DNA of 64,000 nucleotides from Clostridia bacterium (GTDB lineage: Bacteria; Bacillota; Clostridia; Christensenellales; CAG-138), in assembly GCA_017524445.1 (NCBI GenBank), contig JAFXVP010000009.1, forward strand, positions 28,702 through 92,701, given 5' to 3'. Positions 1-8,686 of the stretch are shown here, one piece after another. The notes under the pieces were generated by a model that was not told the DNA's origin, searched no databases, and saw only the letters and a list, made by a program, of their open reading frames with translations. Each line of letters starts with the position of its first letter. Positions within the stretch are counted from its first letter, which is position 1. The position numbers and the translations under genes are program-made.

Positions 1-1482
1 CCTTCGCCGACGCCGACGCCTTCGCGCCATCCCCTGAACGGCGATACGCTGCTGCCCGGCGACGAGGAGCCGATCGTTCTGGACGTCCAGATCCGGCTGA
101 TGGAGCTCGACTACCTCGATTCCGAGCAGCCGGACGACGAGTATTCCGAAGGTACGTCGGAGGCGATCCGCGCGTTTCAGGTACGCAACGGCATCCGCGC
201 GAACGGTCTTTGCGACGCCGCGACCTTTGAAAAGCTGTTCTCCGACGATGCGAAAACCTACGCGATGGTCAGGGGCTCGACCGGCGATAACGTGGAGATC
301 GTCAAGGAGCGTCTCATTGAGCTCGGCTACCTCGACGGCACGCCGTTCGGCGAATTCGACGAGCAGACCGAAGCCGCAGTGCATCGATTCCGGCAGAAGA
401 ACAAGCTCCCTGACGACGTCATCGTCGACAATGAGGCATACGAAGTCCTGCTCGGCGAAAACACCGTCGGCAATTTCTATGCGATCGGCGAAAAGGATCC
501 GGCGATCGAAACATATCAGGAAAGTCTGTTCTCGCTCGGCTACCTTACCTATCTGCCGGACGGCGTGTTCGGCAAGCAGACGCAGAACGCGGTGCGGCGT
601 TTTCAGGAAGAGAACGGCCTTGTCGTGGACGGCTGTCTCGGAAAAAGCACCATTGACCTCATAAAGAGCGGCGAGGCGGAATCGTTCGCCTTCACCGTCG
701 GCAAGGAAGGCGCGGATGTGGAGCGCATCCAGAAGCGGCTCGCGCACTTCGGCTACCTTGCCGATTCGCAGATCTCCGGCTATTACGGCGAAAAAACGCA
801 GGCGGCGGTCAAGTCGTTCCAGAAACGCAACGATCTCAAAAGCGACGGCGCCGTCGGTCCCGAAACGATGCAGCTGCTGCTCGGCGAGGACGCGAAAAAA
901 GCGCCCGCGACGCCGAAACCCGCGACGCCGAAACCCGCGACGCCGAAGCCGACGCAGAAGCCGACCGCCACGCCGAAACCCGGTACGACGGCAAAGCCCA
1001 CGCAGAAGCCGACGCAAAAGCCGACGCAGAAACCGACCGCAACCCCGGACGACGGCGACAGCGGCGAAAGCGGCAGCACGATCGATTACGGAGAGGGCGT
1101 CGAGGCGTTCATCGACATTGCCGAATCCCGTCTCGGCTGCAAATACGTCCGCGGCGCAAAGGGACCCGACAAGTTCGACTGCTCCGGCTTCGTGTACTGG
1201 TGTCTCAACAAAGCGGGCGTCAGGCAGAGCTATATGACAAGCATCGCATGGCGCAGCTGTACAAAATACAAGCGCATCAAGTCGATGAGCAATCTTAAGC
1301 GCGGGGACGTGCTCGTGTTCAAGGGCTCTTCGATGAGCTCCGGCCACGTCGGCATCTATCTCGGCGGCGGCAAAATGATCGACGCGTCGTCCTCAAAGGG
1401 CAAGGTCCGCATCACGGACGGCGTACTCTCAAGCACCTACTGGAAGGAGCACTTCCTGATGGCATACCGCATCTGGGACTGA
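1..1482 (+). CDS. Secreted peptidoglycan hydrolase: five PG_binding_1-type repeats, Pro/Thr/Lys linker, C-terminal NlpC/P60 domain (5' end outside window)
   Basis: Frame is open from nt 1 (..GDEEPIVLDVQIRLMELDYLD), so the gene starts upstream. Repeated G..V..LQ..L..LGY / A...FQ..N.L..DG motifs, an ATPKP/TQKP linker, then an NlpC/P60 core (DCSGFVYWC ... GHVGIYLGGGKMIDASS). Confidence 0.85.
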   Translation, partial: PSPTPTPSRHPLNGDTLLPGDEEPIVLDVQIRLMELDYLDSEQPDDEYSEGTSEAIRAFQVRNGIRANGLCDAATFEKLFSDDAKTYAMVRGSTGDNVEIVKERLIELGYLDGTPFGEFDEQTEAAVHRFRQKNKLPDDVIVDNEAYEVLLGENTVGNFYAIGEKDPAIETYQESLFSLGYLTYLPDGVFGKQTQNAVRRFQEENGLVVDGCLGKSTIDLIKSGEAESFAFTVGKEGADVERIQKRLAHFGYLADSQISGYYGEKTQAAVKSFQKRNDLKSDGAVGPETMQLLLGEDAKKAPATPKPATPKPATPKPTQKPTATPKPGTTAKPTQKPTQKPTQKPTATPDDGDSGESGSTIDYGEGVEAFIDIAESRLGCKYVRGAKGPDKFDCSGFVYWCLNKAGVRQSYMTSIAWRSCTKYKRIKSMSNLKRGDVLVFKGSSMSSGHVGIYLGGGKMIDASSSKGKVRITDGVLSSTYWKEHFLMAYRIWD

Positions 1483-1516
1483 GAAAAAAGACACAATAAT
1501 GACACATTGGTTTTGC

Positions 1517-1544
1517 TTGCCAATCCGGGAATATGTGGTATACT
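1517..1544 (+). promoter_or_regulatory. sigma-A-type promoter candidate TTGCCA-16-TATACT with TGG extension
   Basis: TTGCCA at 1517-1522, 16-nt spacer ending TGG, TATACT at 1539-1544, about 25 nt upstream of the 1569 start. Confidence 0.5.
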
Positions 1545-1568
1545 GAAGAAAAAAGGAGGTATCTGCAT

Positions 1569-1763
1569 ATGTCGACATTGAAGGAAAGCTGGGGAAAGGT
1601 CGGCGGCGAATTCGGAACGCTCGGCAAGGATCTGGGCAAGACCATCGTCCAGACCGTGAAAGCAGGCGCGAAGGCCGTTTCGGATTGGGCGGATAAGGAC
1701 GACGAAAAGCCGGAACCGCCGAAGGAAGACGTCGTGATCGAGCCCGAAGAAAAGAAGGAATAA
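1569..1763 (+). CDS. Small Lys/Glu/Asp-rich hypothetical protein (64 aa)
   Basis: ATG preceded by AAAAGGAGG. Product MSTLKESWGKVGGEFGTLGKDLGK...EEKKE; no family recognised. Own promoter and terminator. Confidence 0.5.
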   Translation: MSTLKESWGKVGGEFGTLGKDLGKTIVQTVKAGAKAVSDWADKDDEKPEPPKEDVVIEPEEKKE

Positions 1764-1772
1764 TAAAGATGC

Positions 1773-1800
1773 AAAAGCCGCTCAAACGAGCGGCTTTTTT
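1773..1800. terminator. Bidirectional rho-independent terminator
   Basis: AAAAGCCGCTC-AAAC-GAGCGGCTTTTTT hairpin flanked by an A-run and a T-run, between convergent genes. Confidence 0.75.
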
Positions 1801-1809
1801 GCGCTTCGA

Positions 1810-2664
1810 TTATGCGCCCGGAAACTGCTGCATCAGCCTTGCGTATTCGTCCCCGCCGAGACTCCAGAGGATCTCGCTGCGGAGCGCCAGATACTTCGTG
1901 TCGCTCCGGTCGTACAGGCGTCTGCGCTCCTGCGGCGACATCCGCGCGACGAGGTTGGCGATCGTGCGGTAGTCCGACTTCGGGGCATTCACGCTGTTCT
2001 GAAGAAGCAGCGAAAGCATCGAGGATCCTTCGTCCTCCGACGCGGTCCCGCCCGAAGCCGCGCCTCCGCCGCCGCCCGAGCCGTATCCGCCGGAAAGCAG
2101 CGCGCGATACAGCGCCTGCGCAGCGTTTGTCGCCTGCTCGCGGGCGTGGTTGATCTGCTCGGCGTTGAATTCGTCGACCTCGATCTTCTTTTCCTGCTGC
2201 TCCTTCATCGCGTCGTACAGATGTCCCGCAAGCTCGGAGGCATAGTTGCTTTCGAGCGTGCTGACGTCGCGCGATTCCCCGCGATACTGACGTTCCTTGA
2301 CGTCGGAAAGATACGTGCTCTGCCCCATTCCGCGCGACCATGCGTCCGCGTCGAGCTCGGCGTTGATGCGTTCCGTCTGATCGCGGCGGTTTTGGATCGC
2401 CTGCTCATACGCCGGACGCAGCCAGTTTTTGATGGTTTCGGACAGCACGCTCTCGTCGAGCGGCGTGAACTCGACCGTTTCGGGGAGATAGTATTTCAGC
2501 ATCTCCTGAAACAGGGATTCAAACGAGGGGATGTCGGGCGTCGACCCGCCTCCCGAAGAACCGCCTCCGCTGCCGCCGGAGGATACGGGGTCCTTCGGTT
2601 TCGGCTGTTTCGGTTTCGTGACGCTGATCGGCGGCGTCAATGGATTGATGGGTAGTTTGATCAT
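1810..2664 (-). CDS. Phage-cassette protein, unknown function; positional candidate for tail needle/plug (P22 gp26 position)
   Basis: GGAAGGAG SD; start 2 nt after the preceding stop. Gly-rich linkers (SSGGSGGGSSGGGS, GGYGSGGGGGAASGG) flank a helical, charged core. Last gene before the terminator. Confidence 0.4.
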   Translation of the reverse strand: MIKLPINPLTPPISVTKPKQPKPKDPVSSGGSGGGSSGGGSTPDIPSFESLFQEMLKYYLPETVEFTPLDESVLSETIKNWLRPAYEQAIQNRRDQTERINAELDADAWSRGMGQSTYLSDVKERQYRGESRDVSTLESNYASELAGHLYDAMKEQQEKKIEVDEFNAEQINHAREQATNAAQALYRALLSGGYGSGGGGGAASGGTASEDEGSSMLSLLLQNSVNAPKSDYRTIANLVARMSPQERRRLYDRSDTKYLALRSEILWSLGGDEYARLMQQFPGA

Positions 2665-2665
2665 A

Positions 2666-2863
2666 TTATTCTCCTTCCGTTAGTTCGGCCAGTGCCGATT
2701 CGATCTCCAGAAGCTTGTTGTAAAGAAGCTCCAGATTCTGGTTCAGGTTGTTCTCGTTCTGCGCGACGCTCGAATCGTATGCGTCCCGGTCGACCGAAGC
2801 GGACGGCATGCGTCCGAGATAGACCGGAAACAGAGCCTGCATACCCGTCGGTGTGTAAGCCAT
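2666..2863 (-). CDS. Small phage-cassette protein (65 aa), coiled-coil-like C-terminus
   Basis: ATG at 2863 preceded by AAAGGAGG. The upstream M of the track ORF would overlap the preceding gene. Product MAYTPTGMQALFPVYLG...LLEIESALAELTEGE. Confidence 0.5.
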   Translation of the reverse strand: MAYTPTGMQALFPVYLGRMPSASVDRDAYDSSVAQNENNLNQNLELLYNKLLEIESALAELTEGE

Positions 2864-2877
2864 AGCCGCGCCTCCTT

Positions 2878-4308
2878 TCAGCAAGGCCGCTTCTGCTGAT
2901 CGAACAGCAGGGTCACGGGCGCGTCGAGCGTAAAGGGCTCTCCGTTCACGGAGGAAAACCGCAGGCGGAATACCCGCCCGACGCCGCGCAGCGGGATCTC
3001 GGTCACGCCGAGCGGAACGGAAGACAGGCGAATGCTCGTTTCGTACGTTCCGCCGTCGGACACGACGCGCACGCCGAGCCGTCCCTCGCCGGTCGCGGTG
3101 AGCCGCAGAAGCGTTTTATTCGTGTCCTTTCTGCCGAGATCCATCGTGGGCATGCTCCACCACACGTCGATCGGATCGCCGTCGTAGCTCGTATTGTTGT
3201 CGAACGCCGTGAGCTTGCCGGCGCCGGTCAGCATGTACAGCATGCCGTGCACGGTGCACAGGTCGACAGCGGTAAAGCCATTCCGCAGCATGAACCGGTC
3301 GCGCAGCACGTCGTACTCGATCAGGGCGTCGTTGTACGGCGCGCCGAAGCGCATGCGGATCGCAAAGTACAGCGTATCGTCGCAAGCAGCGGCGCGAACG
3401 CCGTTCAGGTTCGCAAGCTTCAGAACGGGTTCGAGCGCGCGGAACGACGCGCTTTTGCGGACGGTCTGTCCGTCGTAGAAGCAAAGCCCGCCTTCGGTCA
3501 GGAAGAACAGACGGTCCGCATAGCGCACGCAGGCGGTGTGCAGCGGCTGCCGGAACGCCGCGTCGACCTGAATGATGCGGTAGTTCCCGGGGCGATCGCC
3601 CAGGAGCCGGTAGAGCGAGTCGCGCTTGAAGATCAGAAGCTGGTTCGACATGGCGAACAGCCCCGTGATCGGATCGTCGTCCACACCGACGTCCACGTAA
3701 CCGCCGGACACGTTTTCGCTCGATTCGTCGCTGCGCCAGTCGTCGATCGTCCTGCCGCCGCCGGGCGCTTTGCTCCAGTACAGCCGCGCGGGCGCCAGCG
3801 GATCGCCGGCGGCAAACAGTCTGCCGAAGTACAGTTCGACGTAGCTGACTTTCCGATCGGACTGCTTTTCCGCCATTCCGAATACATCGACCTCGTTCGT
3901 TGCCGCGTCAAACGTCAGCATCGGTTCGGTCCCGCACGCGATCAGCAGCCGGTCCGCCGTGCCGATGCGCACCTTCAGGAAATCCATGCGTTCGCCGGTG
4001 ACGCCGCGTTCGAACTGGTACAGCATCCGCCACGTATGCGTCGGTTCGTTGTAGTAATACATCGCGTCCTGCGCGACGGCGATGTACCTGCTGCCCTGTT
4101 CGGTCGCGTAGACATACATCCGTTCAAACGGCGTATCGGCCGTGACAAGCTCCGGCACCGCGCGGGAAAACCCGGACGCGGCGCGCAGCGCGCCGGTGCG
4201 TGTATCCGCATTGCAGGCGTCCGGGCTCATGTCGGGTTTCAACAGCCCTTCCGAAAGATCCATACGCACGCTGCCGAACGAGGGAAGCGAAACGGTCTGA
4301 TATGCCAT
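2878..4308 (-). CDS. Phage structural protein, beta-rich repeat (propeller-like) architecture; positional candidate for tail hub (P22 gp10 position)
   Basis: GGGAGG SD. 476 aa with 6-7 recurring hydrophobic beta-strand blocks (MYYYNEPTHTW, RLLIACGTEPMLTF, RLFAAGD, LLIFKRDSLYRL, RLFFLTEGGLCFYDG, TLYFAIR, MLYMLTGAGKLTAF). Confidence 0.5.
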   Translation of the reverse strand: MAYQTVSLPSFGSVRMDLSEGLLKPDMSPDACNADTRTGALRAASGFSRAVPELVTADTPFERMYVYATEQGSRYIAVAQDAMYYYNEPTHTWRMLYQFERGVTGERMDFLKVRIGTADRLLIACGTEPMLTFDAATNEVDVFGMAEKQSDRKVSYVELYFGRLFAAGDPLAPARLYWSKAPGGGRTIDDWRSDESSENVSGGYVDVGVDDDPITGLFAMSNQLLIFKRDSLYRLLGDRPGNYRIIQVDAAFRQPLHTACVRYADRLFFLTEGGLCFYDGQTVRKSASFRALEPVLKLANLNGVRAAACDDTLYFAIRMRFGAPYNDALIEYDVLRDRFMLRNGFTAVDLCTVHGMLYMLTGAGKLTAFDNNTSYDGDPIDVWWSMPTMDLGRKDTNKTLLRLTATGEGRLGVRVVSDGGTYETSIRLSSVPLGVTEIPLRGVGRVFRLRFSSVNGEPFTLDAPVTLLFDQQKRPC

Positions 4309-4321
4309 AGCCGCCTCCCTT

Positions 4322-4858
4322 CTACCACCGGCAGGTGATCTGATAATCGGTCGGCTCGTCCAGATCGAGCTTCAGACGGCGCTTGCGCGTTTCGTACAGC
4401 GACATCGCCGCGGACGCGTGGTTCAGTCCCTGCGCGTCGTTGATCAGCGAGAAGCGTCCGACCATGTACAGAACGATCAGCGGATGACATGCCGCGGGCA
4501 GCTCAGGCTCGTCGTCATCTTCGACAAGCGTTTTCGGCAGATACCGGTAGACGACGGTCATCATCCCGTCCTTTACCCCGGGCACGCGCAGCACGTTCGT
4601 ATCCGCATCGAAGCAGAACGGAACGCGCATGCCGCTGCGCTCCACGCCAAGCACCTTCGCGACCGTGTACGGAAGCGCCGAAAGGTCGAGTCTGCCGTTT
4701 TCAAGCGGCAGCGGATCGCGCCGCCACGGGTGAAACGTCTCGTATAGATCGACCACCGCTTCGTTCGCGAACCGCAGAAGCTTTTCCTGCCAGAGCGGCA
4801 GCGCCGCCGTGTCTTCCGGATGGTCCAGCTCACCGAGCGCGCTTTGTATCAATTCCAT
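4322..4858 (-). CDS. Phage head-completion / head-to-tail adaptor candidate (178 aa)
   Basis: Internal ATG at 4858 (MELIQSALGELDHPED...); the Arg-rich upstream part of the track ORF overlaps the 86-aa gene. Position after the capsid gene; size is like P22 gp4. Confidence 0.45.
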   Translation of the reverse strand: MELIQSALGELDHPEDTAALPLWQEKLLRFANEAVVDLYETFHPWRRDPLPLENGRLDLSALPYTVAKVLGVERSGMRVPFCFDADTNVLRVPGVKDGMMTVVYRYLPKTLVEDDDEPELPAACHPLIVLYMVGRFSLINDAQGLNHASAAMSLYETRKRRLKLDLDEPTDYQITCRW

Positions 4859-4872
4859 GACCGTCACGGCGC

Positions 4873-5133
4873 TCACCCGATCTTTCTGCCGCCTGCGCCG
4901 GTAAACGCTTCGACGTCGCGGCTGCTTGCCCGCATCCCTCTGCGGCTTTCGGCGATCACGTCCGCGATGCGCTTCGGAAGCTCCACGACCGTATCGGTCG
5001 GGATCCGGAAGTTCACGCCGTTCAGCGCGCCTTCCAGGAACGCTCCCGTACCTTCGGAGGGTATGTACACGGAAACCCGTGCTTCTGTTTCTGCTCCGTT
5101 TTCCATCGGAGCGATCATTTCCTTCTGTTTCAT
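4873..5133 (-). CDS. Small phage-cassette protein (86 aa) downstream of the capsid gene
   Basis: AAAGGAGG SD before the ATG at 5133. No family recognised. Confidence 0.5.
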   Translation of the reverse strand: MKQKEMIAPMENGAETEARVSVYIPSEGTGAFLEGALNGVNFRIPTDTVVELPKRIADVIAESRRGMRASSRDVEAFTGAGGRKIG

Positions 5134-5187
5134 TCGGGTCCTCCTTTTCTGCGGGGGAAGGGTTCTCCCTTCCCCCTGTCTGTTTCG

Positions 5188-6396
5188 TTATGCCGAGACG
5201 CCGTGCTCGATGCGCACGATCCACAGCGGGTTCAGCACCTTTGCCGCGTACGCCGTGACCTTGGCGCCGACCGTTGCGCGCTGATTGAGCGGATCGCCGC
5301 TGCCTTCGCTGCCATGCGGCTTGATGATCGTTTCCATCGTGCCGGAACCGTCGACGTCGATCACGCCGTATGCGTCTGCGCCGAATACCAGTGTTGCGTG
5401 GATGTCCGCCGCCTTTTCATTCTGATCCAACGCGCCCGCATCCTGGGTGTAGAACGCGTCGATCGTGCCATAGGTGATCGAATCCTCGAGCGTCAGCGTG
5501 TTCGTTTCCTCGTTGTAGGACGCGATCGTGATGAGATCGCCGTCATAAAACAGCGTGTTCCCGGGAACCGACAGGTATTTGCGTGCCTCTTCACTCGGAA
5601 TCGTCGCGAACGTTACGTTGTGCGTTGCCGAGCCGCTGCCCGTTTTTGCCTTCAGATAAACCGTCTGACGGTAGACCTTCGCTTCGGTCGACTCGACGAA
5701 GACCACGCCGAACAAGCGTCCGATCTCGCCGGTGTAGATCTGCTCCGCGTTGCTGTACTTAGAAACGTCCTGCCAGAGCGGATCGTTCTGCAGATCGAAG
5801 GTCGCGTCCGGCGAGCAGATGCAGACAAAGTGCGGACGGCGAACGGAGCCGTCGGCGCCGGTCGTGAACATGCGCGCCTTGTTCTTCTTCAGCGTGCGGA
5901 CTGCCTTGCGGATCTCCGCAACGGTCAGCACGTCCGTCTTGCCGAGATCCATACGTCTCGTCTTGCCGTTCGCGTACTGGACGTTGGTGGTCGCGCACAT
6001 CGCGTCGCGCGTGACCCATTCGATCACAGTGCCGAGCTGTTCGCCCAAAAGTTCCGCGGAATCCGCGAGCACTTCGTCATACGCGGTGAGATCGAGCAGA
6101 TCGCTGACCTCGACGTACGCGCCGTACTGACTGACCTCCGCTTCCACGTTGGACTGCGAGAGCGACTGACCTTCCGGCGTAACGCCTTCCACAAGCGTCA
6201 GAGAATCGACGTCGGGCGTAAAGAGATTGTACTTGCGGAACTCCACGCGCTTGCCGCCGTGCCGCGGAATGCTGCGCTTCTGTCCGAAGCTTGCGTGGAC
6301 GAGCCGCGTCTTTGCGGTCTCCAGGAGCTTCTTGTCATAGAACTGCTTGTTGAAATATGCACCGGATACGGTGTTCAGGGTTGTATTGATAGCCAT
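5188..6396 (-). CDS. Phage major capsid protein, N4-gp56-like family (HK97 fold)
   Basis: N-terminal signature FYDKKLLETAKTRLVHASFGQKRSIPRHGGKRVEFRKY ... LVEGVTPEG ... QYGAYVEVSDLL matches my recollection of the N4-gp56 capsid family. 402 aa, directly after the scaffold gene. Confidence 0.8.
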   Translation of the reverse strand: MAINTTLNTVSGAYFNKQFYDKKLLETAKTRLVHASFGQKRSIPRHGGKRVEFRKYNLFTPDVDSLTLVEGVTPEGQSLSQSNVEAEVSQYGAYVEVSDLLDLTAYDEVLADSAELLGEQLGTVIEWVTRDAMCATTNVQYANGKTRRMDLGKTDVLTVAEIRKAVRTLKKNKARMFTTGADGSVRRPHFVCICSPDATFDLQNDPLWQDVSKYSNAEQIYTGEIGRLFGVVFVESTEAKVYRQTVYLKAKTGSGSATHNVTFATIPSEEARKYLSVPGNTLFYDGDLITIASYNEETNTLTLEDSITYGTIDAFYTQDAGALDQNEKAADIHATLVFGADAYGVIDVDGSGTMETIIKPHGSEGSGDPLNQRATVGAKVTAYAAKVLNPLWIVRIEHGVSA

Positions 6397-6408
6397 AGGT
6401 TCCTCCTT

Positions 6409-6831
6409 TTAGATCTGGACTCGTTTGCCGCTTCTCGCAGCGTTTCTGTACTGTTTTTCAAGCGCCGAAAACGCTTCCCTCGACATGGACATGTAGTCCG
6501 GCGTCGGCGCTGCGGCGCGGTCGGTGCGCTGGGACTTCGGAAGCTGACTGCGGCTTCTTGCCTGCTCGCTCATGCGGGTCTTCACGCTGTTCTCCGCCTC
6601 GTCGGCGCGCTTTTCTGCGGCATAGATGCGGACGGCCGCCTTCGGCTCGAATTCCTGCAGAAGCTCCGCGAACGCGCGGTCCTGCACCGCTGCCTGCAGG
6701 TCAAAGCCCTCGGGCAGCTCGCCGTTTTGTTCCATTTCGACCAGGGCGTTTGCCGCTTCGATGAACGGATTTTCCGCTTCGGTCTCCGCCGGATTCGTCA
6801 CAGCGGGTGTCTCTTTCTTTTTGAAGATCAT
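6409..6831 (-). CDS. Phage scaffolding protein candidate (140 aa, acidic/helical)
   Basis: Lies between portal and capsid. GGAGGT SD; ATGA overlap with the portal stop. Charged, helical composition. Confidence 0.55.
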   Translation of the reverse strand: MIFKKKETPAVTNPAETEAENPFIEAANALVEMEQNGELPEGFDLQAAVQDRAFAELLQEFEPKAAVRIYAAEKRADEAENSVKTRMSEQARSRSQLPKSQRTDRAAAPTPDYMSMSREAFSALEKQYRNAARSGKRVQI

Positions 6832-8441
6832 AAATTACCTCCGAATCGTTTCTTCTTCATTCGTTCGGGAAACAGCGGTTCTTCCTCCGCCGCCTCCCTG
6901 ATGTGTTTCAGTACCTGCTCCTTGCCTTCAAAGGTCATCAGCGAGATCGCCTGCTCCCGGTTGACCGCGCCCATGGACAGCAGGTTCATCATGAGCTCGT
7001 TCTGCGCCGCGCTTGCGAAGCGATTGCGCTTCACCGCCTTGATCGAGATCAGAAACTCGACCGGAAGCACCGCGCCGCCCGGCGCGCTCTTCAAAAGTAC
7101 GTCGCTGTCGAACAGCACCTCCTTCGGTTCGCCGTCGACGGTGATCGTCACCGGACGCAGGAAGCAGTTGAACTCGCGCTCCGTTTCGATCTCGAGCCGC
7201 ACCGCTTCGCGGAACGCCTCGTGCATCTGGTCGGTCGCCATCCGCGCGCGCTTGGTGCTCATCTCCTGCAGCGCTTCGATCGCGCGCGCCGCGGTCACGC
7301 CGCCCGGCGCAGCCCCGCGGGATGAATCGTTTGCGCCGCTTTCCTCCTTGATATCCTCGCGGATCGCGCGGATGTAGGAGAGCAGATAGTCCGGCAGCGG
7401 CGCGGTGGACATCCACGTGACGCCGTTCAGGCTTTCGCCGGTGTGCACGTCCTTGGACCAGTCGCGAAGGTCGTCCGGGTCGAAGCCGGACGCGTCCGTG
7501 ACGAGCAGCTTGTTGCGCGACGCCAGAAACGCGTTTTTCAGCACAAGCTGGTCGAGCTTGTCCGCATAGAGCTGCTGCGTGCCGAACAGGTCGACGATGC
7601 CGAAGCCGAGGGCGCTTCCCTTTCGCGGGTAGAGCGTCGTCAATACGAACGGATATCGACCGTGTGCAAAATAGCCCTCGGGCTTCACGTCGCGGCTGTC
7701 CTCGAGCACGACGCCGTTAGAAAGCAGCGCCATGTGCACGCGATACGCATCCTCGTCCGCGTCGTATTCGCGCCGCCAGTATTCGATCAGAAGACAGGCG
7801 TTTTTCGGGTCGGGCGAAAGGATCTCGTCGGTGATCAGCTCCGCCGTGTCGATCGGGCGGGACTCGATCAAAGGATACAGGTCGGGATAGTGCGTTTCGA
7901 TCCACGCCTTCGGACGCAGCGCAAGCTTGAACACGGCGCGCCCGTCCTGAAGATCGGTGACCAGCGGATCGATGAGGATGCTGCGGACGTCGACGTGGCG
8001 GATGAACGCCCCGCCGAGGCCCCCGTTTTCGGTGCTGTCGTAGCCGACTTCCTGCACACAGTAGCCGCTGACCAGAAGGTCGTGGATCATGCGGCGGTAC
8101 TCGACCGGGTATGCGGCGGCGTCGTGGTTTCGGCGGATGACCGCGTCGATGACCTGCGCGGCATAGGCGTCCGCCGCGCTTTCGGGCGTAATGACCGCCT
8201 CCGGCGTCTGATCCGCGAGGTCCGCGGACACGTTTTCGATCGTGGACTGCAAAATCGGCGTGACCGGGCGCGGCTCGTTCGGATCGGTCACGGGCACGTC
8301 GTACCAATGCTCCCCGCGATACATCCGCTCATTGTGCTCCTGCCGCCGCCACTCGTTCACGTATGCGTTGCGGAACTCGTTGAACAGCGCAGTCGCTTCT
8401 TCGGCTAACCGCCGTTTGGTTTCGGATTGTCTTGGTTTCAT
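6828..8441 (-). CDS. Phage portal protein
   Basis: About 537 aa, immediately after terL. The start at 8441 (MKPRQSE..) has an AGGAAAG SD. An alternative ATG at 8462 has no SD and abuts the repeat. Confidence 0.8.
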   Translation of the reverse strand: MKPRQSETKRRLAEEATALFNEFRNAYVNEWRRQEHNERMYRGEHWYDVPVTDPNEPRPVTPILQSTIENVSADLADQTPEAVITPESAADAYAAQVIDAVIRRNHDAAAYPVEYRRMIHDLLVSGYCVQEVGYDSTENGGLGGAFIRHVDVRSILIDPLVTDLQDGRAVFKLALRPKAWIETHYPDLYPLIESRPIDTAELITDEILSPDPKNACLLIEYWRREYDADEDAYRVHMALLSNGVVLEDSRDVKPEGYFAHGRYPFVLTTLYPRKGSALGFGIVDLFGTQQLYADKLDQLVLKNAFLASRNKLLVTDASGFDPDDLRDWSKDVHTGESLNGVTWMSTAPLPDYLLSYIRAIREDIKEESGANDSSRGAAPGGVTAARAIEALQEMSTKRARMATDQMHEAFREAVRLEIETEREFNCFLRPVTITVDGEPKEVLFDSDVLLKSAPGGAVLPVEFLISIKAVKRNRFASAAQNELMMNLLSMGAVNREQAISLMTFEGKEQVLKHIREAAEEEPLFPERMKKKRFGGNL

Positions 8442-8462
8442 TGTCTTTCCTTTCCATTTCAT

Positions 8463-8686
8463 TTTTCATGCGCCGCAGGCGCAATGCATGCCCACAGGGC
8501 AATTCACGTCCCGCAGGGACAATTCATGCGGCGCTGCCGCAATTCATCCATCCGCAAAAGCTTACGCTTTTCAGCGTGCCCACCTCATCCGCTTCGCTCA
8601 CGCTTCGGCACCTTCCCCTCAAAGGGGAAGGCTTGTTTCAAGGCTTCTCCTTGAGGAGAAGCTCCGCCGCAGGCGGTGATGAGGTG
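8463..8686 (-). repeat. Mosaic hairpin repeat (CACCTCATC/GGGGAAGG modules plus four RTGAATTG-hairpin units) in the terL-portal spacer
   Basis: Hairpins at 8470-8482, 8490-8500, 8508-8520, 8528-8540, 8611-8631, 8645-8660 and 8664-8676. Outer stem 8581-8589 pairs with 8678-8686. The same composite occurs at 59745-59905. Confidence 0.85.

Noticed and set aside
880-1060. DNA tandem repeats (ACGCCGAAACCCGCG / ACGCAGAAGCCG units), and the similar periodic stretch at 17340-17450
   Set aside because: These lie within clear reading frames and encode Pro/Thr/Lys inter-domain linkers (ATPKP.., PTATPKP..). They are coding low-complexity sequence, not non-coding repeats. The antisense ORFs there (783-1079, 836-1042, 17189-17506) are artefacts.
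5203-7377. 724-aa plus-strand ORF, and similar long ORFs (3247-4338, 9017-10006, 20407-21600, 25422-26897, 31721-33493, 43635-45218, 47074-48114, 59849-61153, 62095-63798)
   Set aside because: All are antisense to genes with clear family signatures. They have Arg/Ala/Asp/His-rich low-complexity composition and lack SD sites. I treat them as GC-driven artefacts.
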